The notes beneath the pieces are model-generated. The model made no database searches, was not told the origin of the DNA, and saw only the letters and a program-made list of their open reading frames with translations. Both the position numbers and the translations under genes were made by a program. A stretch of DNA of 64,000 nt from Octopus vulgaris (taxonomy: Eukaryota), in NCBI GenBank assembly GCA_951406725.2, contig OX597826.1, forward strand, positions 54,684,001 to 54,748,000, read 5' to 3'. Numbering within the stretch: the stretch's first letter is position 1; every line of letters starts with the position of its first letter. Below are positions 40,716 to 56,910 of this stretch, one piece after another.

Positions 40716-41399
40716 TTATATATATATAAACTGATGTTACCCGTATTATGATGGTAAATATTGAAGTGTACTTTGGCCGCACTAGGTAATAGCAGGAAAT
40801 ATTGCATACATACAATAATCATCATTTAATTTTTATCAAATTTGGTGGTGCTTATATAAAACGATAAAATGATCGCTAATTTTGAAAAGGAGAATATTTA
40901 TTACATGGAAATAAAATTAAAAACGAATTTCTCATTTGTGTATTTGCAATAAATACCTGTTATTGTTTTTCTAAATTTTATCAGCATAATTGCAATCTGT
41001 TGCATAGAAAAACCATCTCCAAAATTTCATACATTAATGTTTATTATTCAGAAAGCTGCAATAATCAAAATGAAGGCTGAAGTACGAAACTGGATTGTTG
41101 CAACTCTCTCACTCTCTATCTCTCTCTTTCTCTCTCAGTGTCTCCGTGTCTCAGTGTCTTTCTGGGTGTGTGTCTTTTACCAAGACTGTATTTGCATTCA
41201 TCCTCATAAGTAACTCTCTTATATTAACTGCAATGTTAGCTCTCAAAGTATATATCTTTCACTCTTTCTCTCTCTCTTTTCTCTATTCAATATAAAATGT
41301 AACTGCCAAAATGAGCAAACAAGCAAGCAAGCAGGCAAGCAACATCTATATCCACTATGATTAAGTGGAGAATATATATTTCTATATCAGTATGTGACC

Positions 41400-41594
41400 T
41401 CGTGAGTACCACCGGCGATTTTTTTTCCTCTGTCTTCCCTTCTAGGGATCTTTCCTTCTCCTATGTTTCCGACGAAGAGCACCGCTCGAAACGTTAAACC
41501 CTCCTTCTTCCCTTCTTTCCTGAGCGTCCAATAATACTTTATTTGTTCCACGTCCTTGTGTTGTGTTTTTTTGTTTTCTTGTTTGAATTAACTT
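41400..41594 (+). mobile_element. ~200-bp TA-anchored element with hammerhead-like core
   Basis: CCGACGA-A-GAGC-ACC-GCTC-GAAACGT at 41469-41494. The downstream CCTGAGCG..AATAC.TTATTTGTT is shared with ~39910. Confidence 0.55.
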
Positions 41595-41825
41595 TATATA
41601 TATATATATATATATGGAAAAAAAAGTCAAGGTTTCAGTCATTGAGACTTTTTCAACAGTAACAATTAAATAATTGAATTTAGAAAAATTAAAAGAAAAG
41701 TTTTTTTAAAAGAATATTTATATAGTGTTCAAATACAAGTGGCATTTTTCTTGTTTATGCCTGTCTCTGTCTCTCTTGTTTACTCTTGTGGTTCGAGGTC
41801 GTTGTGACCTCTCTCGCTCTCTCTA

Positions 41826-41896
<71 letters not shown>

Positions 41897-42711
41897 AGAG
41901 AGAGAGAGATACAGAAAGAGGGAGGGGAGGAGATAGAGAGAAAATCCGCAAAGTAATACGAGGGAAATCATGAGATAAGGAGGAGTCAAACAAGCAACAT
42001 TATGTCCAACAGTCAAAGACGCGTCACTAAAGTTCTGTAAAAATACACAGGTATAAAACAGAAAAGAGAAGAAGTGTGTCCTAAAAACGAAAAAATGAAA
42101 TATGCGGGAGAAGCAACAGGTATCGGTCGGAGTGATAAACTTTATCAAAGAGAAGAGAAAAGTATGAAGAGATGCAAGAGGAAAAATAAAATATACGAAA
42201 TACCAAATTTACGGTGTTAGTTTACATAGTGTAATACACCCCCCCCCCCACACAAAAACAGACAGAGAGACAGACAGACAGACACACACATACATATATG
42301 GTGTCATATGCGTGAATATGGATATATGCCACATTTAATCAATATCCATTACTGCGCAACTACACTACACTGAAATTCTGACGATTCACTTACTACGGAT
42401 GAAACCATTGATCACTGTGAACGATTGTACATTGAAACTTGCAGTTCTTACAATAAATTTTTACTCTAGAAGCAACATGCATTGACTACTTAATCTCTTA
42501 GAGGTAATTATGCTGAGTGCAAACTATTCTGGTGCCTATACATACACACACACACACATACATACATACATACATACATACATACATACATACATACATA
42601 CATACATACATAGATGCATACATACATGCATACATACATACATACATACATACATACCTACATACATGTATACATGCATACATACATATATAAACATGTG
42701 TATGTGTACAT

Positions 42712-42757
<46 letters not shown>

Positions 42758-42841
42758 GTGTATATATATAAACACACACAAAGATATAAAGATATATACA
42801 TACATAAATATATGTATATATATATATATATGCATATATAC

Positions 42842-42874
<33 letters not shown>

Positions 42875-43049
42875 GACAGGCAGGCAGACGGATAGATAGA
42901 TCAATAGATATAGACATACATATAGGCGAATTATGATATTTATATATAGTCATTTGTTAAAATGGGAATGACAGAGTTTGAGATAGAGTGAGAAAGAAAG
43001 AGAAAGGGTGTATATAGAAATATCAGATTTGGGAGATAGAAAATAGATT

Positions 43050-43113
<64 letters not shown>

Positions 43114-43208
43114 TATGGAGAAAGTAAGGTGGGGATAAATAGATAGATGGTGATAGAAAGATAGGGAATGGGTGACAGAGAATAAGCGAAAGAAAGAAAG
43201 TGAGTGAG

Positions 43209-43259
<51 letters not shown>

Positions 43260-43482
43260 GAGAGGTGGGGAGACTGAGAGAGCAAAGATATTAAGATAGA
43301 GAAATAAAAGGAAGAGACAGGAAGCGAAATACAAATGATACGAGTAAAATGGAGACACCGAATGCATTGGATAAAACTAGATATAGAAGAACAGAGATAA
43401 AGTGAATATATTAAGCTATTAAAATTGCCGCGCTCGCCGCCCTCCTAGACGACGGCGAAAACAATCCTACAACAAACGCAAT

Positions 43483-43516
<34 letters not shown>

Positions 43517-43829
43517 CGAACAACAACAACTACTACCACCCAAGTACGGCAGAAACAACTATAGCAACAACAATAACATTACCAATACGATCAGCATAAA
43601 CCACAGAGTATTTCCCCTCCATCGTACCTCATCACAGTTATGATACAACACAGGGTAATAAATCATAAAGCAGATATAGCAATTCATTTATTAGATAAAT
43701 AGCAAGTCTCCAGAAGAATCACATCTCTACGAGCGCAAACGCATGTGTAAACAGGCGCACTCACACCGCGCGCACACATGTAGATTTAGACTTAAAATCA
43801 TAATTAAACACCGTTAATGCACATATGTA

Positions 43830-43880
<51 letters not shown>

Positions 43881-43980
43881 GTATGTATGTATATATATAT
43901 GTATGTATGTACATATATATTCACATACATATATATATATGAGTATATACATATATATATATATATTTATATATATATAT

Positions 43981-45810
<1,830 letters not shown>

Positions 45811-46374
45811 TATATATATATTAAGTATGTATGGATGTGTATAATAGAAATACACGTTTTATGAATATACATTATACATATATATATATATATACACGCA
45901 CACTCACACACACCACATACATACACACATATATATATCCATATGCCATGCATATATTTAAATATATATATATATATGTATACACACCCATATACCTCCA
46001 GGCACACTCATATACACCCATATACCTCCACGCACACTCTTGCACACTCATACATACACACACATATTTCACATACATATAAACATAAGCGAAAGAATTA
46101 AACAAAGCTTGATATCCACAAGTGGACACAATGCTTTTCACATCATAACGAAACGTTTGAATCCGATATTCTAAAGCAATTTTCATGCCCGCCTGACATT
46201 TGAAAGCTTCAGTTTATATTTCCACCGTTGTGAGCTTGAGTGTTTTTCAATTAACCAAATATATCAAAGTTCACCTAAGGCCTGTATAGTGAGTATATGG
46301 TATTTCTCTTAATAATATTACATTACGTTAAGCAGCACTGTGCGCATGTGTGCGTATGTGGGCTAGTGTAGTGA

Positions 46375-46535
<161 letters not shown>

Positions 46536-46541
46536 CATCTA

Positions 46542-46577
<36 letters not shown>

Positions 46578-47226
46578 TCTATTTATCTATATATCTTTCT
46601 AATATAAATATATATGTACTTGCGCGCGAATGTGTAGGTGTGTGGGAGTTTATTCATATAAGTACGTTAGCAGGAGTGTATCCAGGAAAATGCATATACG
46701 TTTATAAATATATGTATATATATACATATATAATTATATACATGTGTGTGTGTATGAGTGCGTGTGTATATATGCGTGTGTGTATAGATATATACAGTTA
46801 CGCACAGGATAGCTTTAAACTGTGAGAGCAATAACTTAACGCTCCACTTGCGGGATAAATATTCTATAATTATGGATTAACAACGGAACCAATAGTTTCG
46901 TGTGGAAAAAATTCTCCACAATCTTCAAGTCACCCACACGATAAAGCTGGAGATCTTCCTCATTTTGGAGGAAATTACACCAGTTTACGCGATGCTATAC
47001 GGAACTTCAAAATAATGCCCAGATCATGGAACGTGACATAAAAATTCTTCTCACCTACCTTAGATTAACCCTGGAGTTTTGTAAGAATTTTTGCTCACTG
47101 TAGATTGAACATCTCCGTAATAAACTTATGCAACACACACACACACATTAATATATATACATTTCGACAGTAACGTCGGTTCATACGGAACAGCCATGTT
47201 GAAGTGGCTACAGCCATTATTTCCGG

Positions 47227-47307
<81 letters not shown>

Positions 47308-47936
47308 TAATGCTATTATTATAACTCATGTCCGTTGTCCGGCAATCTTTCATCACACATCTATAAACTCTTCAGTGACACTTTCCGTCCTCGTGTGTGC
47401 CCCTGATCAGCTTAGTCCATTCGGAGTGGACTAAGCAGAACAGCAGCACAGACAAGTATGGAAAGTGTCGCTGAAGAGGTCACAAATGTGCAATGAAAGA
47501 TTTTGTTTTAATCCAGAAATTGGACCCAATTTACAATTAACGCGAGATCTTTATAATTTTCTCTCTCTAGTCCGCTTTCAGCCATATGCATATTTAACTG
47601 GAGTTGTTGGTAGTTTTTTGATGGTATCGGCATTTCAAGCATGCTGGAGACAGATAGTTTTCGCTTTCGCTCTCTTAATATAATTATATACATCTGTACA
47701 TTATTATTAATTTAATGTGTTAATTACCTATAAAGTTTTATAGCATGCTGACTACTTGATAAAAATCATTAACGTGATTTTTATCCTTATATTCTTTTAT
47801 GAATTTAATATACATTCTGTGTTTTATAACCTGTATTTTGTGATTCACGTAAATATGTCACGAGCCTGTGTTTATCCACCTTACTGCTTCTGCATTTTTA
47901 TTAATATATACAACCCCTCATATATATGTATATATT

Positions 47937-48021
<85 letters not shown>

Positions 48022-48499
48022 GCATCTATATACTCACACAAATGGATATATGCATATGCACCTTGAATTATGTATGAAGTGTTTGTATAGACGTATAGAT
48101 TTATAAGTATTTGCCAAAAAACAAAAACATCATTCTGAATCATTAGCATTTCTTTTTCGCATTCTTTCAGCATCTCCAAGGAAAATTTAAATTCAGGAAT
48201 AAATTTTACTTATTTACGTCATTACGTACATCCATACATATTTTATTGACCCAAATTGATACCATTCGCTAATTTCAATATTTTCCTCTAGCTCTATTTT
48301 TTTGTATTACGTAAATTCCTGCTGCTTACAATCATTAGTTTCCCTTTTTTTCTATATGTCGAACTTATGATAATTCGTTAAGTGGGACTGCCTTGTCTGT
48401 TCATGGCTGACGATATCCAGCATAGTAAAACATGGCCGTTACATTCAACATCACTGCTAGCAAAGACCATACATATTCCACTTTTGCAGGAAAATTGCA

Positions 48500-48750
48500 G
48501 TCGTTATTATTATTATTATTGTTATTATATTCCGATTTACTTGCATTTTATTTCATCTTCCGTCGGGGTCTCAACCAGGGACCTAAGCCACGTATATATT
48601 AGATGGAGAGTAACTTCCTGAGAATGTGAGAAGTTGATGTTAACACAGGTTTTTAAGTCGCAAAGATTGTTGGTTTCACAGGGGATCTAGTCAAAACATT
48701 TGTCACCACCTTTGTTGCTCACTCCTAAGGGCACCTGCAACAACGGGCAT
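48500..48750 (-). mobile_element. R4/Dong-like 3'-terminal fragment
   Basis: Minus strand MPVVAGAL...VLTSTSHILRKLLSI*, then a short UTR and an (AAT)n tail. Confidence 0.55.
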
Positions 48751-48752
48751 GG

Positions 48753-48927
48753 CTTCTTCTTCTTCTTCTTCTTCTTCTTCTTCTTCTTCTTCTTCTTCTT
48801 CTTCTTCTTCTTCTTCTTCTTCTTCTTCTTCTTCTTCTTCTTCTTCTTCTTCTTCTTCTTCTTCTTCTTCTTCTTCTTCTTCTTCTTCTTCTTCTTCTTC
48901 TTCTTCTTCTTCTTCTTCTTCTTCTTC
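48753..48927. repeat. Pure (TTC)n tract, ~58 units
   Basis: Uninterrupted CTT/TTC repeat. Confidence 0.97.
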
Positions 48928-49125
48928 AAGGTGTTGAGCTGTGAGAATTGGTAGCACGCCGGCCGAAATACTTGGTGGCATTACGTCCGTACTTCTGAGT
49001 TCGTATTCCGTGGAGGTCGACCTCTTCTTTTATCCTTCTGGGGTCCATGAAATAAGTACCACTGGAGTCGATATAATCGACTTACGCCCCTACCCGGCAT
49101 TTCTGACCTTGTACCAAAATTTGCC
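48928..49125 (+). mobile_element. SINE type B, diverged monomer
   Basis: TAGCACGCCGGCCGAAATAC...TTCTGAGTTCG...GAGGTCGAC...CCTTGTACCAAAATTTG. Confidence 0.7.
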
Positions 49126-49221
49126 ATAATAATAATAACAATAATAACAATAATAACAATAATGACAATAATAACGATAATAACGATAACTACGACGACG
49201 ACGATGATGATGATGATGATG

Positions 49222-49289
<68 letters not shown>

Positions 49290-49290
<1 letters not shown>

Positions 49291-49860
49291 TGTACCACAT
49301 AAGTACAACGGACCCCTGTGGGAAGAGGGTCGAAAGCGTGACTCACATTGTTAGTGCTTATGAAAGTCTTGCGCAGAAATAGTACGAGCTTAGACACGAC
49401 AAAATAGCCCAAAAACCTCCACTGGCTACTCTGCCGTATGTATGGATATGAGGTTACAGGTGCTTGGTACCAACATACACCTGAAAACTAATGGACGAAA
49501 AGTGGAAGGCAAAAAAGCTAGGAGGTCAATATATCATCATGAAAGAAAAAGAAAAGTTTAATGAATATAGAGACCAGAGAACTGAGATCGCTAAGATTTG
49601 GCAGCTACGATAATCAAACATAAAGGTTATCTCTTATGGCATCGGATCAGTGGGTTCAATACCACCCAATCCGAAAGAACATCTGAGAACTTTAGAAGTA
49701 CCCTACAATCTAGGTGTACTGCAAAACTTGGCATTACTTGGAACTGCATGCATATTGAGTAAAGTATTTTCTTCCTCAGGTCCTTGTGACATGATAAACA
49801 GTACAAACCTCCAGTAGATACAATGTTTTCTATCAACGACCTCACGATATTTTATACCGT
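49290..49860 (+). mobile_element. R4/Dong-like 3' fragment, internally deleted
   Basis: HIVSA...AQK*YELRHDKIAQ, LHWLLCRMYG, and PYNLGVLQ..ALLGTACILSKV; bounded by (AAT)n and (GAT)n(AAT)n. Confidence 0.75.
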
Positions 49861-49943
49861 GCGACGTTTATGATGATGATGATGATGATAAATAATAATA
49901 ATAATAATAATAATGATAGTTGTCGTCGTCGTCGTCGTCGTCG

Positions 49944-50066
<123 letters not shown>

Positions 50067-51143
50067 TCATCATCATTATTATTGAGGTGGCGAGCTGACA
50101 AAATCGTTAACACGCTGGATGTTGGGTATTTACTGTGAGTTTATTCCAGTATGTTTTTGGAGGAGTATTGAATATAGTAGTGTGTGTAAATAATAAATCA
50201 ACCCCATTTCATAGTATTCAGGGTTATCAATCATCGTTCTTTCTCTTTCAGTTGGTTTTGTTATGGGTCTCGAATTTACAACGTTTACTTTTTGAGAGAA
50301 CACAAATCCCAAATTTTATTTTGGTTCACGTAAGCAACTGCTTTTGAGGTCTCATATTGTCGTTCAATGCTCGAAATGAGGAGTAGATAGACAGCCGACA
50401 ACTGATGAAGGGTCATTCTATGTTACTTGTCTTGTTTTCCATTTATTCCTCTCGTTGTTTGCGAATCACTTTGTTTTCGTATTTCATGTTTACGTCTTGT
50501 GACGTCCTGTACATATGCTTATATATATATATAGGTAATACATTTTAATGTTATAAATTCTGTTACATTCATATTCACAGTCATGCTTTTTTGCGTGAAA
50601 TGTATATGCCATATAATGTCGAAACCCTCGTAACTAAAGAATTAAATGTATACCATAAATTCTAGCCTTCTAGTTAATGTAAATAAGAAATGAATTAAAT
50701 ATTCTGCGACTGAACAGAAAAGAATTCAGTCAATATGCAGCAAACATTGGATAAACATTTTGGACTGAAGCCAAATAAACGGAAGGTTTGGTTTCAGCTG
50801 TACGGGATCGATGTGTAGGCTACCAAAATATGATAATAAAACAAACAAACAAAAAAGGTAACGTTAGTAAAAGACTATGCAATCGACCTAAAGAAATGAT
50901 CAACTATATGACTTCAATTCATCCTGAAATCATCGTAAAGAGAAAATACATCGTCTGGTATGACCGGTTAAGTGGTTGTATGAATTGGATGATATGCGGT
51001 TACTTCAAGATATGAACATAATACGCAAGAAATCCCGATTTGTGACAGTAACATGTACATGATACTCTATAGCGTTCGTGTACTGACTGAAATTTTTAGC
51101 CAGGACAAATATCCGTAGCTATAGGCGTGGGCATGGCTTTGTG

Positions 51144-51585
51144 GGCGCAGACATGGCTGTATGGTTAGGAAGCATAATTTACAGCCACGAGGTTTCGGGT
51201 TCACTCCCATTGCAAGACGCCTTGAGCAAGTTTCTTTTATATAGCCGCTAGCCAACCAATGCCTTCTGAGTGAATTTATATAGAAACTCTGTATATATAT
51301 ATATGTATGTGTACATTCGTATAGCTACATATATGCGCATATGTGTGAATATATATCCATGTGTGGATGTGTGCGTGTTTTTGTGCTTCTGTTTGCTTTC
51401 TCCCACCATCAGACAACTGATATTAGTTATTGTTTCTCTTCTCATTACTAAGCGCTTCGGCAGTTGGGACCAATAAATTACCAGGCTGAAAAGATAAGTA
51501 CTGGTGACCATTTGTATAGCAAAACTCATCAAGGCAGTGCCCCATCATGACCGCACTCTAATGAATGAAACAAATAAAAGATAGA
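51144..51585 (+). mobile_element. SINE type A, diverged
   Basis: GGCGCAGACATGGCTGTATGGTTAG...GGGTTCACTCCC...CCTTGAGCAAG...AAGGCAGTGCCCCATCATGACCGC...TGAAACAAATAAAAGA. Confidence 0.75.
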
Positions 51586-52189
51586 AGAGAAAAGTGAAAA
51601 GAGAAAAATAGAAAAATTGAAAATCTCGCTCTGAACAGATTCCTATTATTTCGCGTAAAATATTGACCAGAATAAAACCGAAATGCAGTCCAAGTTCGAA
51701 TCTTCAGAAATATAAATAAGGAATATACGGATAAAATTATGTGTTTTAATTTAATAGATAGCTATAAAGATTTCAAATTTTGGCACAAGGCCAGCAATTT
51801 CTGGATATCAGCTGCTCACTGCAAGCCAGTGTGTTCTGAAAAATCCAAGAGAAAGTAAAATTCTATATTCCATTGATAAGAAGTTTACCAATTCAAAACA
51901 GTTTTGGTCTGGCACTTACTTTTGGTGCAGCACTATCATACGTGGCAACCCGTCTGGAGCAAGTATTACTAAGCTTGGGCTTTTGAAGAGAGAATACAAC
52001 CCCTTCATTCATACACCACACATGATCACGATATCTGGAACACTAGAAACGTGCAAGACTTTATCAAGATTTAAAGGATGATGAACAAAATAAGATGCTT
52101 TTTTTTGTTCACATCTTGCTACAAAGTAGGTGGCCAGTCAAAATGAACTCTAAACCAAAAAGAGAAAAGAATATATATTTAGATGTGTT

Positions 52190-52235
<46 letters not shown>

Positions 52236-52487
52236 CGTGTATGTGTGTGTGAGTATATGTTTGTTCAGAGCGATAGACAAATTACCAGTAAAAATAAAAA
52301 CTGGGATCGATACCTTCGACTGAAGCTCTTCAAGACAAAAACTCATCCAGGCTATGCCCCAGCCTGACCGCAATCCAATGACCGAATCTAATAAAAGTAA
52401 AACACAAAGGATAGATATGTGTGTGTGTATATGTGTATGTGTGTACATGTGTGTATACGTAGGCATGTATTTGTATATACATTTTTA

Positions 52488-52589
52488 TTAGTGATCTATC
52501 CTATTCGTTGTCTCCCCTATGGAGTAGCGCAATCAGTTTTAGTGATCTATCCTATTCGTTCTCTCCGCTATGGAGTAGCGCAATCAGTT
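52488..52589. repeat. Tandem duplication, 2 x 51 bp
   Basis: TTAGTGATCTATCCTATTCGTT..CTCC.CTATGGAGTAGCGCAATCAGTT occurs twice. Confidence 0.9.
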
Positions 52590-52724
52590 ATTCGATATCA
52601 TTTACAGAATATTGTCACTTTTATCGTAGGCAGAAAAAGACAATCATGTTCAGCTAATATTGTACTGACTGTCGCGTTGTGTGCATGCTCAAGTGTTGTT
52701 TTTGTCTCTCTTCTCTTTTTTTCT

Positions 52725-53367
<643 letters not shown>

Positions 53368-53506
53368 CGTCTGTATATTAAATGTAATAAAGCAGAAAAG
53401 AATTATTTGTTCATTGGTTTTGATTTTTTTCACTAAAGTCCCTTTTCTTTTACTTACGCCAACGCCAACTTTTTAAGATTTGATTACTTAGAATGCGCAT
53501 CAGTAA

Positions 53507-54263
53507 AGGCGGCGAGCTGGCAGAAACGTTAGCACGCCGGGCGAAATGATTTGCGGTATTTCGTCTGCCGCTACGTGCTGAGTTCAAATTCCGCCGAGGT
53601 CGACTTTGCCTTTCAACCTTTCGGGGTCGATTAAATAAGTACCAGTTACGCACTGGGGTCGATATAATCGACTTAATCCGCTTGTCTGTCCTTGTTTGCC
53701 CCCACTGTGTTTAGCCCCTTGTGGGTAGTAAAGAAATAGGTATTTCGCCTGCCGTTACGGTGTGAGTTCAAATTCCGCGGAGGTCGACTTTGCTTTTCAT
53801 CTTTTCGGGGTCAATATATTAAGTACCAGTTGCGTACTAGAGTCGATCTAATCGACTGGCTCCTTCCCCAATACTTTCGGACCTTGTGTCTAGAGTAGAA
53901 AGCGTTACGTTCTGAGTTCAAATTCCGCTGAACTTTGCCTTTCATCCTTTCGGGATCGATAAATTAAGTACCAGTTACGCACTGGGGTCGATGTAAACTA
54001 CTTTATCCCTTTATCTGTCCATGTTTGTCCCCTCTATGTTAAGCCCCTTGTGTGCAATAAAGAAATAAGAAACGTTAGCTCGCCGCGCGAAATGCTTGGC
54101 GGCATTTCCTCTGTCTCTACGTTCTGAGTTCAAATTCCGCCGAGATCCACTTTGTCTTTTATCCTTTCAGGGTCGATATAATAAGTACCAGTTGCGTACT
54201 GGAGTCGATCTAATCGACTTGCCCTCTCCCCCAAAATTTCGGGCCTTGTGCCTAGAGTAAAAA
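53507..54263 (+). mobile_element. Tetrameric SINE type B (dimer of dimers) with a perfect 17-bp TSD
   Basis: Four GAGTTCAAATTCCGC cores; AGAATGCGCATCAGTAA at 53490-53506 and 54264-54280. Confidence 0.9.
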
Positions 54264-54309
54264 AGAATGCGCATCAGTAAGAAGACGCATATCAATATTG
54301 ACAAGGTCA

Positions 54310-55140
54310 AGGTGACCAGATGGTTGAATCGTTAGCAAGTCAGGCAAAATGCTTCACAGTATTTCATCAATCTTTACGTTCTGCGTTCAAATTCCGCCGA
54401 GGTCGACTTTGCTTTTCACCCTTCTGGGGTCGATAAAATAAATACTAGTATTTCAGTGGGATCAATGTAATCGACTTAACCCTCATCCTTGAATTTGCTG
54501 GCCTTGTGCCAAAATTTGAAAGCAATATTAGCAAGATCTTTATGAATTAATGCTTAAGGCGGCGAGACGACAATCATTAGCACGATGGGGAAAATGATTA
54601 GCAGCGTTTCGTCTATCCTTACGTTCTGATTTCAAATTCTGTCAAGGTCGATTTTACCTGTTATCTTTTCAGGGCCGATAAATAAGTACCAGCTGATCAC
54701 TGGGGTCGATGTAACCGACTTATCCCCTTCTCCGAAATTGCCGGCATTGTCTCATAATTTGAAACCTATACTGGCTACTAAACATCACCCTGACTTTGTG
54801 TGTTTAAGACGTAGGCTGATCTTGTGAGGTAATTTTATGGGGTAAAACAATCTGTTCTCATAAGCCGTCGAATATAATACTTTTAAGTTATGAGTTTTTC
54901 TTTCCACGTTTCTACTTATCTGGAGACGTATCTGTGTGCTAATTTGATACTTAAAGTCTCTACTAGCACACCGAACACCTGTGTACTAAGACAGCGAAAT
55001 AACAAAATCGCGAGCGCGCCGCACGAAATGCTCAATAGCATACTTTTTGGCTCATTACGTTCTGACTTCAAATTGAACCCAGTTCTACATTACCTTTCAT
55101 TCTTTTTGGGGTGGATAAAATAAGTACCTGTTGAATACGT
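54310..55140 (+). mobile_element. Three further diverged SINE type B monomers (~54310-54530, ~54557-54770, ~55000-55140)
   Basis: Each has a TTACGTTCTG..TTCAAATT core and an ATAAG/AATAC(C)AG-like segment; all are in the same orientation. Confidence 0.75.
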
Positions 55141-55142
55141 GA

Positions 55143-55440
55143 AGGCCTAGTGGTTTGAGCAGTGGACTGGCGGTCGAGAGATCGCGGTTTCGAATCTTAG
55201 ACATGGTGATGTGTGTGTTTATGAGCGAAACACTTAAGCACCACGCGGCTCCGGCAGAAGGTTATGGTGAAGTTCTGCTGACTCTTTCGCCACAACATTC
55301 TCTCACTTTTTCCTCCTATATCTAGCAGCTCACCTGAGACAGACTGGCGTCTCGTCCAGGTGGGGAACCTATAAGTCAATGAAACCGGGAAACCGGCTCT
55401 TATGAGACAAGCCTGGCTCGAGACGGAACAAACAACAACA
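55143..55440 (+). mobile_element. tRNA-derived SINE, type D, inserted into a type B copy
   Basis: GGCCTAGTGG (A box), GGTTTCGAATC (B box), ends in (AAC)n. Type B sequence resumes at CCAGTTGAGCACTGGGGTCGATG (55441). Confidence 0.7.
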
Positions 55441-56205
55441 CCAGTTGAGCACTGGGGTCGATGTAAATGACTAACCCGGATCCTACAAGTTTCAGTCCCT
55501 TTACTTATAACAGAGAGAATTATCATTCTGTGTGATGCCTTCATTTTAGAATATGCATGTTGAGACTTGGGGGAAAATTTAGCCGCTATTTCTAGCAAAA
55601 TGTATGACCCCGCACAAAGTGGCTTCTTTACTGGTTCGTCCCAGTTACCGTTTGTTATTGTTGCCATAATTTATCATCAGTTTATTTCTAACTAGGGAGC
55701 AGCTGTCTTCCGTTCTTTTATAGAAAATAATTTTATTACTGATAGATTTCTATTTTATTATTTCCCCGCCCTTTTTTTTAAAAAAAAAAAAACCAAAAAA
55801 CAAAACAAACTATTTTGTGTATTTTCATATTGCAGTGACGTATTTATTTATTACCATTGCTCTTTTACCTTTCTGCTTATCCATTACTTCGTCTGTCTGT
55901 CTGTCTGTCTGTCTGTCAGTCAGTATTTCAAATGTGATTTCTCTCGTGTTTGTAAAAGTTTTATTTTATTATATATTTTGTGTGTGGTGTGGTTTGAATA
56001 GTTTTTATTATGTTTTAGTAAGTTTACTGATTTAGTTGATAGAAATAACAAAACACAAAGAGAGAACCATCTAACAGATTAACATATTTTATTTAATGCT
56101 TAAGTCCCTCTTCCTTCCTCTATTCATCTCTTTCACATCCTCTTTGTTTTTCTCTGCTTCAATCTCTCCATTCCAATCTCATTTCCTTCTCTGTATCTAT
56201 ATCTT

Positions 56206-56236
<31 letters not shown>

Positions 56237-56498
56237 CACTAAATTTCCCTATCAATCTTCCTTTTTTGATCTCTCGCAATATCTTCATCTCTCTCTGTCC
56301 TTCCAGTCTCTCCATTTCTCTCTCGTTTTATCTGAATCACAACGTCCCTTTCTCTGAACCTCTCTATCACTCTTAGTCTCTTCGTCTCTCTCTTCCATTG
56401 TTTTTCCTACTCTTCCTATTTCTCGCTATATATTTATGTCGCAAAGTTACTCTCTCTTTCTCTCTTTCACTGTCTGTCTGTCTGTATGTTTGTAACTC

Positions 56499-56534
<36 letters not shown>

Positions 56535-56832
56535 TAAATCCCTCTAGCCTTCTTTATCTTTCAATCTTTCTCTTTATATTTCCTTCTCTCTTTGCTAATC
56601 TCTCTACTGCTCTCTTTGTATCTGTGTCTCTCTTTCTCTCTCTCTCGCCGTCTCTTCATTAAATATCTCTATCCCTCCTTCCCTTTGAAATTCTTCGTAT
56701 CTGTATCTCAATGTCTCCCTTTTACTATATCACTCTGCTCTCTTTATTTTTCAATCTTTCACGATCTCGTCATCTCCTATCACCCTTTATCCAAATATCT
56801 TCATTTCTCTCTCTCTATCTCTATCTCTCCAT

Positions 56833-56910
<78 letters not shown>

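Noticed and set aside
48687-48981. Poly-K/E/F/S ORFs
   Set aside because: These are frames of the (TTC)n tract.
50395-50420. CTGATGAAGGG as a hammerhead ribozyme
   Set aside because: The first core box is perfect, but no downstream stem II-GAAA can be found.
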